Notes: generated from the letters alone by a model not told the origin. Shown: positions 12,356 to 25,590, counted from the stretch's first letter. The stretch: 64,000 nucleotides of DNA from Camelus ferus (GCF_009834535.1 NC_045697.1:9922001-9986000), one strand, 5' to 3'. Translations and numbers: made by a program.

Positions 12356-12999
12356 GTGACTCCATCACTAGCAAGAGTCAAAGCTTTATCCCTGTCCGGA
12401 TCAATGGAGGTGCCATGTGGCTGGCTAAGGACTTCCACCCCCTACTTCTGGGTCCCTGTGTTAGGCAGTTAGACAAGTGGGGGACACCATACAGATAGGT
12501 GGAGGAGAGGGGGGATGGGATGGAAGATGGCATTATGCCCGCGTCAGACATAAAGGGACTTTACTTCTGAATGAGTGCCAGCAAGAAACTGGTTAAAACC
12601 TGACAGCCATGACTGGCAGTAGCAGAAAGGACTTAACCGGACACAAGCCAGTGCTCATTGTATTATAATTAACACTGCGGTCTGGGCTCCCCTACATGGC
12701 TTCTTCTGTGTACACCATTGGTAAGGACATGCGCAAAGCAGCCAAACATGACTAAGCAGTCCCAGTACAAGAGCCATCAATCAATCAGGAGACCACGTCC
12801 AAGCGAGGGTATAAGAGAAAGAGGAGCCAAAAAAAAAAAAAAAAAAATCACTGCTTTTCCTCCTTTGGAGCAGCCTGCCTCCCGTTCTTGGGGGTGTACT
12901 TTTCCTTTCTTTTCAAATAAATCTTTAAAAATATTTTGCAACACAACACAGTCTCCCGACTGCAAACTTGTCTTTCGAGTGTGACAAGAACCAGGGTCT

Positions 13000-13330
13000 T
13001 TAACTTTTGGGGTAACACCTGGATGGGTGACCCTCACTTCCTGGCTTTATGAGGTTGGAGGATGGCCATGAGGTCAGTTCTGGACAACAAGCTGTGAACG
13101 CAAGAGAGAGATGTCACTTCCGGGCTGAACATTCAGTTACAGGGGCAAGACCCTGAGAGCACGGTGACCTGCAGGGTGGAGGTGGCAGCAGCTCTGACAG
13201 CCTGAGAGCCCCCCCCCGTGACACTGAGAAACAGAGTCCCATGATGAATGTGAAATGCGAGGAAGAACACATCTTTGTTGTTTGAAGAGCCTGAATTATC
13301 TTTAGCCTGATCTTTCATATCCCAGGGGAA
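13000..13330 (+). mobile_element. Old MaLR LTR (MLT1H-K type)
   Basis: 'ggccatgaggtcagttctggacaacaag...atgtcacttccgggctgaacatt...aatgtgaaatgcgagga'. Confidence 0.65.
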
Positions 13331-15244
13331 GTAACTTGGATCTGTTTTCAACCTCAGAAATGTATTTTGGGTATTTACCAAAGGAGCCCTTGCAGGTGAA
13401 AGGTTGGCTGTAACACTCATGATAGTAACCACGACAAGAACTAACAGAGCTGAATGAGCGACTTAGGAACAAACACTCCTGTACCTTCTGTGTGTTTCTA
13501 ATCAGCACACTATGTGCCACAAACTCTCTCCTTGGCTTCTCATCACAAACCTGGGGAAGACGCGGAGCATACATCATCCACTCCCCTTACAAGGTCACGG
13601 AGCAAGAAAGGCGTGGCTGGGACCAGAAGTGGGGATATTTGACTCCTAGCCTAGGACTCTCCCTTCTGGACCAAACCTCAGACACTTGGGGTTTTAAAAT
13701 CTTATGGCCCAGAAAGCCAGATTTGAGGCAATCTAAGAAAAAAAACAGACGCTAAATCATTTGTAAAGAGCTTTGATAGCATTTGGTTTTTATGTCATTC
13801 CCAAATGGCAGTGGTTATTTTTTGTTGTTATATTTATTATAATTATTGTCGGTTTTGATAGTACATAGCTAAAAAATGCCAAAATGTGAGCAGCGCGAGA
13901 TTAATAACTACCTTTTAGTTAGCGTGATGGGTGGTGGGTGGCCCTGGCCCACCCTGTAGGGGCCTGAACCGCAGGACTGGTGCTGGTGACTTCACAACAT
14001 GTTTGGGAATTCAAATCTGGTGTCCTGGCCTTGACCACTCATGTCCAAATCATCAGCTTTTTTTTTTTTTTTTTTTCTGTTCTGTGGGATTTTATTTGCT
14101 TGATAAAATGTAGCAAATCATCATCTCTTATCTGATGGTTGCCCTACCTCCAATTTAAGGCCGTGGTCCTCAGGGCTCCCCTTGGGGTCCAACAGGCTTT
14201 AGAAAGTGTCCAGCACTGCCCTCCAGTGAGACCTGATTCAAGTGAGGGTGAGAGATGGGAGAGCATCGGGAACCTCAGTCCTTCTCCAGCAAACGCTTCT
14301 TTGTCTTCTTTTCCTCTTCAGCTTTGGGTACCTTGTGGTCCTCCTCCACCGCTCTTCCCAGCCTTACCGTTGGTCCCTACTTCCTGTCCTTGTCCACAGC
14401 ATCGTTTACTAGACTTGTTCCTCCACATTTTCAAACTGTAGGTGTCCTCTCCTCTGTGGCTTATGGCTTTTACCGGTGACCTGACCCCTGGGAGGAGCTC
14501 ACTCCTCTCTCCTTTACCACCTCACCGCGCCAGGACGGCTGCCCTAAAGCAGAACGTGGCCATGTCCCTGGAGCACGGGAGAAACCACGTAAGAAAATAA
14601 GAGACCCGCTTCAGAGTCTTAACTTTACAAAATGCTAATGTTCACCCTCCCTCACCTTCTGTCTCCCACCTCCCCTCCTTCTCTCTCCCTTCTCCTTCCC
14701 CCTTCTCCCTCTAATTCCAAAATCAGTTAATAACACGGGCATTGGCTTCTGCTGTAGGGTTGGATGTCTGGGGCAAGCTCTACTCTTGAGTTCGTCCCAC
14801 CTCAACTTTTATTACCATTTGGGTGGGAAGAGGGAGACACAGGATCAGAGAATGGGGTCCAGGGCAAAGGGCCTGTGCAACTGCTTATCTGCTTTGCACT
14901 TGGCGTCTGGTGGGCCAGACTCCCAGGTTCTCATGCCTGCTATCTGTCCTGGTCCATCAGAGCTGGGATTCCCCAGTGGGGTCTAGACTCCGAGCGCCTT
15001 AATAATCACTAGTGTGGACTGGCCCCGGGTATCCTCTCTACTGAGCTCCCTGGGTGACCTGAACCCCTAGTCATGCTTCTCTTGTCGTTTCAAGATGCAA
15101 TTAACATCTTCAATTTTCACTTCTAAAATGACTTAAATATCTCTGTCTTTATTCCTTGCTAAATTTGAGTGCTTCTCATCTTTCCTTCCTGATAATTCAA
15201 GAGCTCCAGCTCCAGCTGCAGATAGATGCACAGAGATAGAGAGT

Positions 15245-15445
15245 GTGCACTTAGCAAGTGTTACTCATTGTTCTGTGCACATTACGTCCTTTATCTTAGT
15301 TCATCCTCACAACCATCAAAGGAGGTCACGGAGGCTTAAGAGAGTTTAAGTAACTTGCCCAAAGTGACACCGCTAGGAGTGGTGGAGCTGGTAGACCCCA
15401 GAGATCTGCCTCCGGGGCCTGTGGTCTTAATCACTGTGCTAGAGA
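15245..15445 (-). mobile_element. MIR SINE
   Basis: 'tcatcctcacaacc...gaggcttaagagagtttaagtaacttgcccaaagtgacac...ggtcttaatcactgtgct'. Confidence 0.8.
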
Positions 15446-15459
15446 CACTCTCTAGGTCT

Positions 15460-16150
15460 ACCCAACATCCCACCGTCCCTCACACTCAATCAGCCAGAAA
15501 CTCACCTGGGCCCCCTTAAGTGCTCTTTTATAGACCCATCTTCATCACGCAAGCTGCCCACCCCAGCTGCACATCTTGCCCTCAGTCTGAGCTCCTCCTC
15601 CTCGTTCACAACATCTGCTGAGTCACTGAAGTTTTTTATTTCTTCCTTTGAGTAATTTTTCATGCCCTCTGCTACCTTTTTGGTCTCACTGCCACCCTCC
15701 CAAGCCCAGTCCTGCATGATGTCATGTCTGAACGACTGTAATTGCTCCCCAATTTGTTTTCCTGATTCCTCTCTTCATCCTGCAATTATGATGTGATTAA
15801 TCTTCCCAAAACGTTACTGGGTACACATTGGCCTCTCTGTGCTTCAAATCTGTGGGAGCACCCCATTTAATAAAGTCCATCCCCTTCCCCAGTGTCTCCC
15901 ATGTGACCCACCTCAACTTCTCTAGTAGACTCTTCATCTCCTAACCAGCTGGTTGTTTCTTCAACTTTCTACATATATTGTGCTTTCCGCACCATTTCCC
16001 ACCTGCAGCGAATGACCTTTATCTCTCTCTCCTCTTGCTGATGCTCCTGCCCTCCTTCAGGGGCTACCTTAGGTGCAGTATCCTTCACGGAGCATTCCCC
16101 ATGCACTCCAGCCTTTCCAGATTATTACCACTTCTGAATCCTATAATTCA
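15460..16150 (+). mobile_element. L2 LINE fragment
   Basis: Pyrimidine-rich L2 3' region: 'atgtctgaacgactgtaattgctccc', 'ccctccttcaggggctaccttaggtg'. Confidence 0.6.
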
Positions 16151-16424
16151 GAAGGACCACACATCTGGTTGCACGCCAAGGATGCCTTAGCCATCTTTTA
16201 TGAGGATGTCTGGTCTCAGCTACTGGCTTATACACTCGGGGTGGGGCTTGGCTGCAACCAAACATCTCTAATTTCCCAAGACAATATTGAATCAAACTAT
16301 TGTGCTTGTTGTAACATAAGCCCTGATTTTCACTTCAGAAAATAGAGTAGATTAAGATCTACATATCTCATTTTTATCTCCAGTGCCTTCAAGGATATGT
16401 AATAAACACCGTTCAATTACACAT

Positions 16425-16515
16425 GTAACACAACATTGTATATCAACTATACTTCAATTTCAGAAAAAAATAGAAAAACCCCAAAAGCCAAATTATATAT
16501 ATTTAAAAAAAAAAC
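16425..16515 (+). mobile_element. Very short 5'-truncated L1 3' terminus with A-rich tail
   Basis: 'caacattgtatatcaactatacttcaat' followed by A-rich sequence; matches the termini of the L1s at 37.4 and 63.2 kb. Confidence 0.65.
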
Positions 16516-18529
16516 TATTCAAGTCTGACTAGGTCTCTCTTTAGCCACATGACCAAGGGTGAGCCTCCTTCTTTTCTTGGCCTATTACTGAAAATGGTGG
16601 AATTGGGTTAGGTAAGTGGTTGTCCGAGTATAAACCTTGGATTTCTTAGAGTTCTCGGGACGTTTTCAAAAGTGTTCTGGGGGAGAGGTAAAGGAAGGAG
16701 GGCCAAGCAGGTCGGCTCTCCATCTCCCAGGTCCTCACACCTTCTTCAGAGATGTTGCTCTTGGAGGTATAACATAGATTTCTATTTCTGCCTACAATTT
16801 CATTCCTGCAAAACACCCTATGGTTTTTAAAATATTTGAATGTTACTGGAATAGATTATTTCTAAAGCCTCTTCCAGTTTTTCCATGTTTTTTCTTTGGG
16901 GAGGATGAAGGGGAACGAAGGCTGCCATGTGCTGAATCCTTACAAAGTGCCAGGAACTCACTGCAGATGCATTGATGATTCCCACTTTATAGGAGGGGAT
17001 AAGAGCTTGCATTAAGACCCCATGGCCGTGAATAAAATCGAGATGTGAGTTGAAGTCAGTATGACTTAACCATTACCTTTTCGAGTTGTCTAGGGAGAAA
17101 GGTGAGTTGCTGAAATACGCCCACATTTTGTCTGCTTTGTCATGAGAAGACAGCCCAAGTGACAAAGCAGGGCTTAGGGCCTTTGCAGAGCTGTTAATCT
17201 CATGTAGGAGTGCAAAGCTCGGAGGGGAATGTCTGTAATGGCCGCGGCTGCTGGGTGCTAGCGCGCTGACTGTGCCGTTTGAAGTCTGGAGGAAAACTGA
17301 CCTCCAGAGGATTTAGCATTTCTGGCAACACCACTAACCTCTCCAGCAAACCACAACATGGCTCAGTGCTCACAGGACTGAACTGAGTCCAGAGGAACCC
17401 CGCCTAAGCCAGCTCACAGACCAACACACACAAGGCAGGTGTTTCAAGCGAGTGACTATCTTACACATAACTATGCAAATCCAAGACTTTACTGACACTA
17501 AGAGACACCACAGAACCTTAAGTAGAAAATATGAACAAAGGAAACTGGTAATTCTATTCAGAGAAAACGGGTTACCACCTGAGACTGGTTCCAAGACAAG
17601 CAAGGTTTAACCACAGCCAGGCCATTTGCCTAGGAACCTCCACCAGGAACTAAATCACACAATAAAATCTGGAAGTTCCTCGTATCCAGTGCTGCCAAGA
17701 TGTTTGAGAGGGGCTGACCCTGCCACCCAGTCAAACCCATCCAACTGTTTTCCCCTCTGCTGACAAGGGTTCTCTGTGTGCTGTGGTCTGACTGGAAACC
17801 AGATCAGTTTTTAGCAAAAGCTGTTCTGTGAAGCCGATTTTCCAGGAGCCACGATATAATTTCGCTCAGAAGTTGTGAGCCTGATTTTGAAAGTTGATAT
17901 TGTTATGGAAATTATCGCTGCACTGATCAATTGAGGTTTCTTATTTTTTCTTTTTCAAACTGGGGCAGAGGAATTGAGTGAACGAGGAAATTAGGCCTTT
18001 AACAGAGGGAAAAGAAAAAAAAACCCACACTAGAACATTTCAGAGGGTGAATACAGTAAATTGTAAAGCTTAAAAAAAAAAAAAGAAAGAAAGATGGCAT
18101 TTTTCTGTAGTTCCGGCCCATTTTCCACCTTCTCCGGCTCATTCTGGGAGACCTCTCCCCTTCTCTTCCAAAAACACAGCAGCCTTAGCTTCGAGACCTT
18201 TTGTTATGTCAGCTCCCAAAGTGCAAGTTGTGTGATAATGAGGTCTCCCAAGCCAGGCTCTTGAGGACAGATAATAACTCTGTTGACTAGGGTTCCACCT
18301 TCCTTCTGACGCTTTCAATGGCCTGGAATAAGGCTCTCCCAGATAAGATGAGAAGTTATTGAACGTCTATCTTCTGAGTAGAAAACTAAAGGAAGTGACA
18401 CCCTAGTGGAAAAGCCATGGCCTTTATCTTATTCATTTTCAAACGTGAGGAGTGACTTTGATGTGTATTTAAAAAAAATGGGGGGAGAAGGAGTTCTCTA
18501 ATAGTTTCCTAAGAATAAAGCAGTGATTT

Positions 18530-18590
18530 AAAAGAAAGAAAAGATGAGAAGAAAGAGAAAGGAAGGAAAGATGGAAGGAAGGAAGGATGG
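18530..18590 (+). repeat. Purine-rich (GAAA/GGAA)n low-complexity tract
   Basis: Directly visible. Confidence 0.8.
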
Positions 18591-18787
18591 CAAAGCCCAA
18601 AAATAAAGCCAAGACTACAATCATTCCCTGTGGAACAAACCCACCAACAGATTTTTCTCTACAATATCTGTAGTTTGCAGAAGAAAATTAAAAAAATAGA
18701 TGTGGCCCCCTCTTCTGGCAGTGTGGAGTAACAGCGAGAGCAAACACTGATTTCTCTGATCTTTTGTTTTGTTGTTTATATTTTAAG

Positions 18788-18868
18788 GTTCTTCTCGAGG
18801 CTGTCGTCAGAAGATAACTATTGCATTAATTATCAATGTTTCTATTCCCAAAAGCAAAAATGGGACAG
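18788..18868 (+). other. Candidate orphan 81-nt exon (gene unknown, possibly lncRNA)
   Basis: Branch-like CTGAT at 18756, U-rich tract, AAG acceptor and CAG|GTGAGC donor. Confidence 0.3.
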
Positions 18869-19844
18869 GTGAGCAGCTGTCCAGGAAGCTTCGAGGTCTG
18901 ACACCCAAGCACATCAGGCGTCTGTCTGTCTGTCTGTCTGCACAGACCAGGCATGCGTCCAGAAGGCAGAGTTGCCTTCTGTGCAGACAGGGAGACGACG
19001 CCCTTTGGATCAGCTGAGCGAAACAGAGCAGCACTGTGGGCCTGAATGTTTCGGAAAGATATTTGTCAGCTGGTGCTCTGACCACCCCGCCCGGCAACTC
19101 CAGCATAGCAGGATGGCTCCCCAGTTCTGCACAGATGACGGGGCACGGTGAGCAAAGACACACCTCCCCTGCTTCTCCACGATAACTGGTTCTTCCCCAG
19201 GACAAAAGCTCACAGAGTCCAGACTCACCCAGAGCACATCTCTGAGCAAGAATTCTGTGAGGAGTTTGTGTGGGGAGGTGAGGATTGGTGGACAGAGCAG
19301 TGGTGGCAGGAAGCTGGCTGAGTCCGAGGGCTGAACAAGAACACCCAATTGGTTTTTCTTCTTTTGTGTCCCCAAGGTCGTGCCTGGGTGGAGACCTTGT
19401 AGTGGGATGAAGTACCAGGGTCTTCCAAGATAAGGTGGGTCTGGGTGGAGGCTGAGCCCAAAGGCACGTTCCTTCTCCCCTTCAATCCCAAATGAAGGTC
19501 CCCAACATCCCATGGAAATGGCAGCCTGTATAGAGGTCAGATAATAGCAACATTGTAAAACCCGAAACAAGATGTTGGTGCAGGGTGCCAAGTACCTATG
19601 CAAGCTGTAAAACCAAGGACATGAGTCTCTTTGTTCTGAAGCTAAGGAAACAGCTCAAATTTCATATCAAAGTACCAACTAAGACCAAGGGCACCAACAC
19701 GTGACATCCCATGAAATCAATGGTGACCGTCCTTCTGTAGGGTAGGGGCACTAGCTTTCCCTGTCTCCACCATTTTTAGTCTTGTTCCAAGTGGGTTTGG
19801 GGAACACAACTGAGGATTAACCTCAACATAATCATAATATTGCT

Positions 19845-20030
19845 GACAACAGTAATAATACCGCAGCAATAACTAATCTTTCTGTATGCCGGGTCCAATA
19901 CAAATCGCTTTGCATGAACTGTCACATTTAATGTTTAAAACAAAGCTGTGAGGCAGCTATACTTATGAACCCCATTTTATAGATGAGAACAGGGAAGATT
20001 AGCGAGAACAAGGACACACCAAAGATTATT
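19845..20030 (-). mobile_element. MIR SINE
   Basis: 'cgctttgcatgaactgtcacatttaat...cccattttatagatgagaacag'. Confidence 0.75.
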
Positions 20031-20039
20031 TTTTTTTCT

Positions 20040-20900
20040 TTTCATGTATTCATTAATTCAATTTTCTGTTGAGCTCTGAAAATGTCAGGCTGTATTCGAG
20101 GCACTAAGGATAGAGCAGTGAATAGAATATAGGCAGGTTCTTGCTCTCATGGAATCTACATCAGACATAAGATAAAAGGATAAATAGATCATGCCATGAA
20201 CTGAAAGTTGTCCCCCCCCAAAATTCATATGTTGGAAGTCTGACCCCTAATGTGACTATATTTGAACATGAGGCTTTTATGGATTAACTAAGGTTAAATG
20301 AGGTCATAGTAGGGGCCTAATCCCATAGGATTGTTGGCCTCATAAAAAGAGGAAGAAAGTGTCTCTCTCTCTCTCTCTCCCCGCTCACCCCCCTACCCAC
20401 CTGCCCCTCACTCCTCCCTTCCCTCTGCAGGTCCTCAGAGGAAAGGCCACGTGAGGAAGAAGAGATCAGGCTGCCATCTAAAAACCAGGAAGAGAACTCT
20501 CACTAGGAATCAAATCCTGCCAAACCTTGATCTGGAACTTCCAGTCCTCAGAAATACGAGAAATAAATTCCTGTTGCTTAAAGCCCCAATCCAGCCTGTG
20601 GTATATTGGTACCGCAGCCCCGAGCGGACTCATACAGGTCGCAGTCAAGTGGCAGTAAGTCTTAGGAAATCGCTGTTTTCCTTTTCAGTGATGGGGTTTC
20701 TATCCGATGTAGGGTTTGGTATCCTCTCTGATAAGGAGACTTTAGGGAAGAAATACAAAAAAAGTGGAGAAGCAGACTAAGTGGGCTCCTGGAGAAGGAG
20801 TGATCCAGGCAGAAAGCACAACAAGGACACCATGACGAGAAGAGAATAAACAGGGTGAGGCGTACGTACCAGGAGACAGGTCTGAGATGGAATGAGAAGT
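20040..20900 (-). mobile_element. L2 3' fragment split by an MLT1 LTR
   Basis: 'ttcatgtattcattaattca...ttgagc...aggcactaaggatagagcagtgaa', continuing after 20640 with 'ctctctgataaggagacttt'. Confidence 0.6.
20192..20636 (+). mobile_element. MaLR solo LTR (MLT1A/B type)
   Basis: TG...CA ends; 'aaattcatatgttg', 'aaggttaaatgaggtcata', 'aaataaattcctgttgcttaaagcc' and 'gactcataca'. Confidence 0.9.
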
Positions 20901-20959
20901 ATCTGTACCCAGGCAGTCTGCTCCCCCGACTTGCTCTGAAGCAGGTCACACAGCGTAGG

Positions 20960-23900
20960 TGCCTGACTTCATTTCATTTCCATTCGTCTGGTAATCTTCA
21001 TCCATCCCTTCATTTGCAGTTCTTTGGAATCACTCATTATAGAGTGTCTCTTACATATAGTAGAGAATTGGGATATGCTTTACAAAGCAACTTGATTTTA
21101 TAATTTTGTTTTCATAGGTAAGTTAAGCCCATTCACATTTATTGATATGACTAAAATGGTTGTTTCAATTTTGTCTTATTGCCTCATATCTTGATATATG
21201 AGTGTACATCACTTATATTTACTGTCTTTTCTTCTCTGGTGTGCTGTCTTTTTTTCTCTTACAGTATTTAGAAAAATTTTCATTTTTCATCTAGTAGTTC
21301 TCTTGGTATTAATACTTTTTATACTTCTACTAATTTTCCATTTTCTTACTTAATCTTTGCTATCTTCTGTGTCAGTCTTAAGAAGTATCCTTTTACACCT
21401 AAAAGAGTTATTATACTTTCCACTACCTCTCTTTTCTTCCCATTTTAAAGTTTTATTTATTTTTAACTTTTTATTTTGAAATAATTTTAGATTCACAGGA
21501 AGTTGCAAAGATTTTACAGGGAAGTCTCATGTGTCCTTCACCCAGTTTCCCCCAGTAGTTCAATATACAACATTACAGCACAGTATCAGAACCAGAAATT
21601 GACACTGGTACGATGTGTTTATAGCGCCATGTCATTTTTAACACAGATGGATTAGTGTAACCACCACTGAAATCAAGGTACAAACGATTCCAAATCACAA
21701 GTATTTCACTCTCACTGCCTTTTAAGGTCACACCCACTCCCATCCCTCCCCAAACCCCTGAACACTGGCAATCATGTATTTGTCCTCCATCTATAGTTTG
21801 TCATTTTGAGAATATTATCTTTAATTACTGATATGTTAAAACTTGAGTCTGCCATGTGATTTTTGTTTGTTTGTTTTTTGGCTTGTTCTCTCTGTTTTTC
21901 AATTTTCTTTTCCTTTCCCTGCCTTCTGTAGATCTCTTGAACATTTTTTAGTATTCCAGTTTTATCTATCATGCTGGCATGATTTGGTGCACTTGCCGAA
22001 CTCAGGGCCTTTGCACTTGCTGTGTACACTGACTGAGCATTTTTTTTCCCCAGCTTTTGGCAGAAGTTTTTGACTATATCTCTTTGTATAACTTTTTTGG
22101 TGGTTATTTTAGGTACTCTATATACATTATTATATACATTATGCATCGTATACATAATTTATCACAGTCTATTGGTGATGACATTGCATCAGTTTGAGTG
22201 AAGTGTAGAAACCTTGCCTCCCTTTAAGTCCCTTTGCCTTTCCTGTTCATAATAAAATTTTCTTACATATTTCTCTGAATCTGCTGGGAACCACATGAGA
22301 CACTTCCATAGAGACACAAGAGGACACGGGAAGTCTTTTGTGTATTTACCCATCTTTTTACCCTTTTTGCGGTTCTTTCTTCTTTGTAACGTTCATCATT
22401 TCTCCTTTCATCATTTTCTTTCTGTTTAGAGAACTTCCTTTAGCCATCCTTCTAGAGTAGATCTGCTGGTGACAAACTTTCTTAGTCTTCCTTCATCTTA
22501 ATTTCCTCTTCATTCCTGAAGCATATTTTTGCTGGATACAGAAGTCTGGGTTGAAAGGAAAGAATTTTATTTTTCTTGCAGCACTTGAAAAACATCATGT
22601 AGGCCCCTACTTCTCTTTTCTTTTAGAAGTAGTTACAGGGCTGCATTTCCTTCTGTGATTTTAGGCTTGAGTTGAGCAGTTACTGTCTAAAAGTTTCTTA
22701 CCTTTTTGGGCTCTCCTGTCCTTGGCCCTTGGGTCGAAAAGATTAGGCTTTCCTTCAGAATATTTACATCTCATTGGCATTCCCGGCTTGTTGGTTTCTC
22801 CTGTATATAATCTGGGATAAATGAGACAAACAGCAAACCAGGGAACACCACCATGTCATTTCCTGGGCCCTGAGATTCCCTAGAAAGTCCTCCTTCTTCT
22901 CTCCATCTTTCCTAAGTCTTCTTATGTTCATTATATATAATGTTCAGGTTTTTAGCTTTATATAGTGGTAGGAATATAGAAAAGTCTGTCTTCTCCATCA
23001 TTCCAGAGGTGGAAATCTCCTCTCATTTTTCCAGTTGCATTGTTTCTTCATTGTTAGAATGTGTAACGTCTTCATGTTATTTTTCATCAGTCCTTTTGCC
23101 GAAGTTGTCCCTGTCATCTCTTCATTGAGTAAAGCTTATTCTCTATAGACAGTGCTGCTGCTCCAGTGCTTTGCTTTGTATGTTGTTTTCAAAACACCAG
23201 TCTAATCTGCTTGCCTCTCTAAGTGGTTCCATCTTTTTACCCGGAGGGCCTGAAGATTTCTTCTTTTTCTTTGAAGTCTATTCATCTTACTAGTCCATGT
23301 CTCAGAGTTGACTGTTTCTGGTCAGTTTTTCTTAGTAGCCTTTGACTCTGTCTATGTGTGAATTTAGATCTTCTTTTACTTACAGAACTCTCCTCAACTT
23401 ACAGTTTTTAATGTTAGTTCTGTTCCATTGTTTTGATTCTCTTCTTTGGGGTTGCCAATCATAGATATGTTGGATCTCCTTTGCCAATTGCTTGCATTTC
23501 AACCACTTTTCCTATGACTCTTTTTATTTTGTTCTTTACCTCATTTTAATTTATTTTTATTCTTTGAATTGTTTTTTCTTCAATACTTTTTATTAAATGT
23601 TTGATTCTGTCATCTTCTCGAGTACTTTGTAATTTAGTCTTCATCACTGATATAAGTTTATCTTTTTCTCTATTTCTCTCCCAAGTCTAAATGGGTTTTT
23701 GGGGACTTGAGGGAGTCTATTTCTGGTCTTAGTTTTTATATTTCTGATACATGATAGTATTTAATATCGCTAAATTAATTCACTTTGGAATGTTCTCTAC
23801 AGTTGTTTTACAGTTTCCTTTTGATTTTTAGTTGAATTTTCTGGTAAGAATTTCCATCAGCAGAAAAGCTTTGACTCTCATTTTCAAAATTTTTACAGTA

Positions 23901-24500
23901 ATTTTATATGGCTATGGTCTATTTTCCTGGTCTATTTCTTTCACAAACAGCGCTCCTAGTTTAAGAGCTCCTTGATTCTTCCCTCTTTTGTGCAGTTTCT
24001 TTTAGGAATAATTTTGGTAATGATGGCATGGGGAAAGGAGAGTCTATTTCTCTCAGAAACTTCTTAATCTTTCCTACTTATTTCCTTCATTCCTTCATGG
24101 ATTTGTCTCCAATGGGTATCACCCCTTCTCTATATATCTGTATCTCCCCCAGAAGTAATGCTTCTCAAATTCTGCCTTTCCGTTCTCTCACATATTCAAA
24201 ACTCTTCCCTGTATCCTGTCCTGTGAAATTCCAAGCTACAGCCTGTGTTTTGTATATTAGTATTTAAAGTTGGACTTCCTGTTTCCAGGGTTGTTTCATT
24301 TGTGCTTTATCTAGATTCTCTGCTCTCCTCCACACTTCTCCTAAGCCTCCTCTTTTCTACTCTCACACCCACCTTGTTGAATTTCATCCTCTTCTCTACT
24401 TGTACGTAAATTAAAGGCCATGGTGTCTCTGTCTCCTAGTAATGTCAGAGGCATGATCATACACAGTTTTATTTGCTCTTCTGGTTGTTTCTATGTGTTT
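20960..24500 (-). mobile_element. Cluster of old antisense L1 fragments, including a nested L1MC/MD-like 3' end at about 21450-21810
   Basis: Long T-rich antisense L1 sequence; 'ttttattttgaaataattttagattcacaggaagttgcaaag' and 'tttgctggatacagaagtctgggttga'. Confidence 0.8.
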
Positions 24501-24989
24501 TCCTTTGGGAAACCTCCGTTGTCCTGTAACCCAGAAGTCTCCTCTGTCTGACTTTAGAGACAGTCAACAAAGCAGCTACTCTAAGTAGCTACCTAACTCT
24601 AAGCCTCACTCAGTTACAGGTTTGGGGAGAGAATATGTCCCAAGGCTCTGGTTTTCTATTTCTTTTTATTGTTTTCATTTTCCCTACAAAGACATGATAT
24701 TTTCAATTATTTTTGTCTACCAAGAAAGAAAATCCTATTGACTAAGTCATAATTTCTTCATTGATTCTCTTTTAGCCAACAATACCCTATCTGATGGCAG
24801 TATTTGCAGAATGGATTAAGTAACCACCAAGCAAAGAGGCATTTCATGTGATCAGAGCTAAACTTTCTATGGTAGATGTTCAGTGTTCACTAAAATTATT
24901 TAACATTGAAAATAACTTGTGAATGCTAGTTGTTGCCTTTGCAAATGTCTGGAGGATCAGCCATCCTTAGGCTGGGAAATATTGCTCTG

Positions 24990-25275
24990 TCTATTCAATC
25001 TCACTTATTCAACAAACATTTGCAGGCAACTAGGATTATATAAAAGAAGAATTCTACTCCAGCCCATGGAGAACGTTTAATGGATGGGAGTGGGAGCAGG
25101 ACTGCGGGGAGACAGATAAGCTTGAATTATCATGCAGGGTTGTAAGCACCTTAATAAATGTTTTTCCTAATAGAGTGGGGTCAAAAGTGAAAAAGGATCA
25201 AGTTTGCATGGGTGAACTAGAAAAGGCTTCATGAAGGATGTGTCTAAACCAGTTCTTAAGAGAATGAGTAAAATC
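24990..25275 (-). mobile_element. L2 3' fragment
   Basis: 'cacttattcaacaaacattt...aaaggcttcatgaagga'. Confidence 0.6.
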
Positions 25276-25569
25276 AGCTTGTTGCAGGAGTCAGTGCCTC
25301 CCAAAACTGCCTTCCAAAAACAGTGAGAAATACAAGTTGGAACCCACCTCCACACCCTCACTCCTCAAACACATAAACACACACACACACACCAAACTCA
25401 ACAGAAATTGGATACATTCTGTTCTTATTTAAAAAGTGATAGTTTTAACTATGGGAGTGTATCAGCGTCATCCGAAGAACTTTTTAATTTTCAAAATGCC
25501 CGAGCAAGACGCCTTTCTGCCAACAGTCTTGCATTACCTTCAGTGTGGAAATAGGATTGAGGCATTCGC

Positions 25570-25590
25570 TGACGTCAAGATTTATGCAAC
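25570..25590. promoter_or_regulatory. Palindromic CRE (TGACGTCA) next to a TTATGCAA bZIP-like site
   Basis: Exact motifs in repeat-free DNA. Confidence 0.35.
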
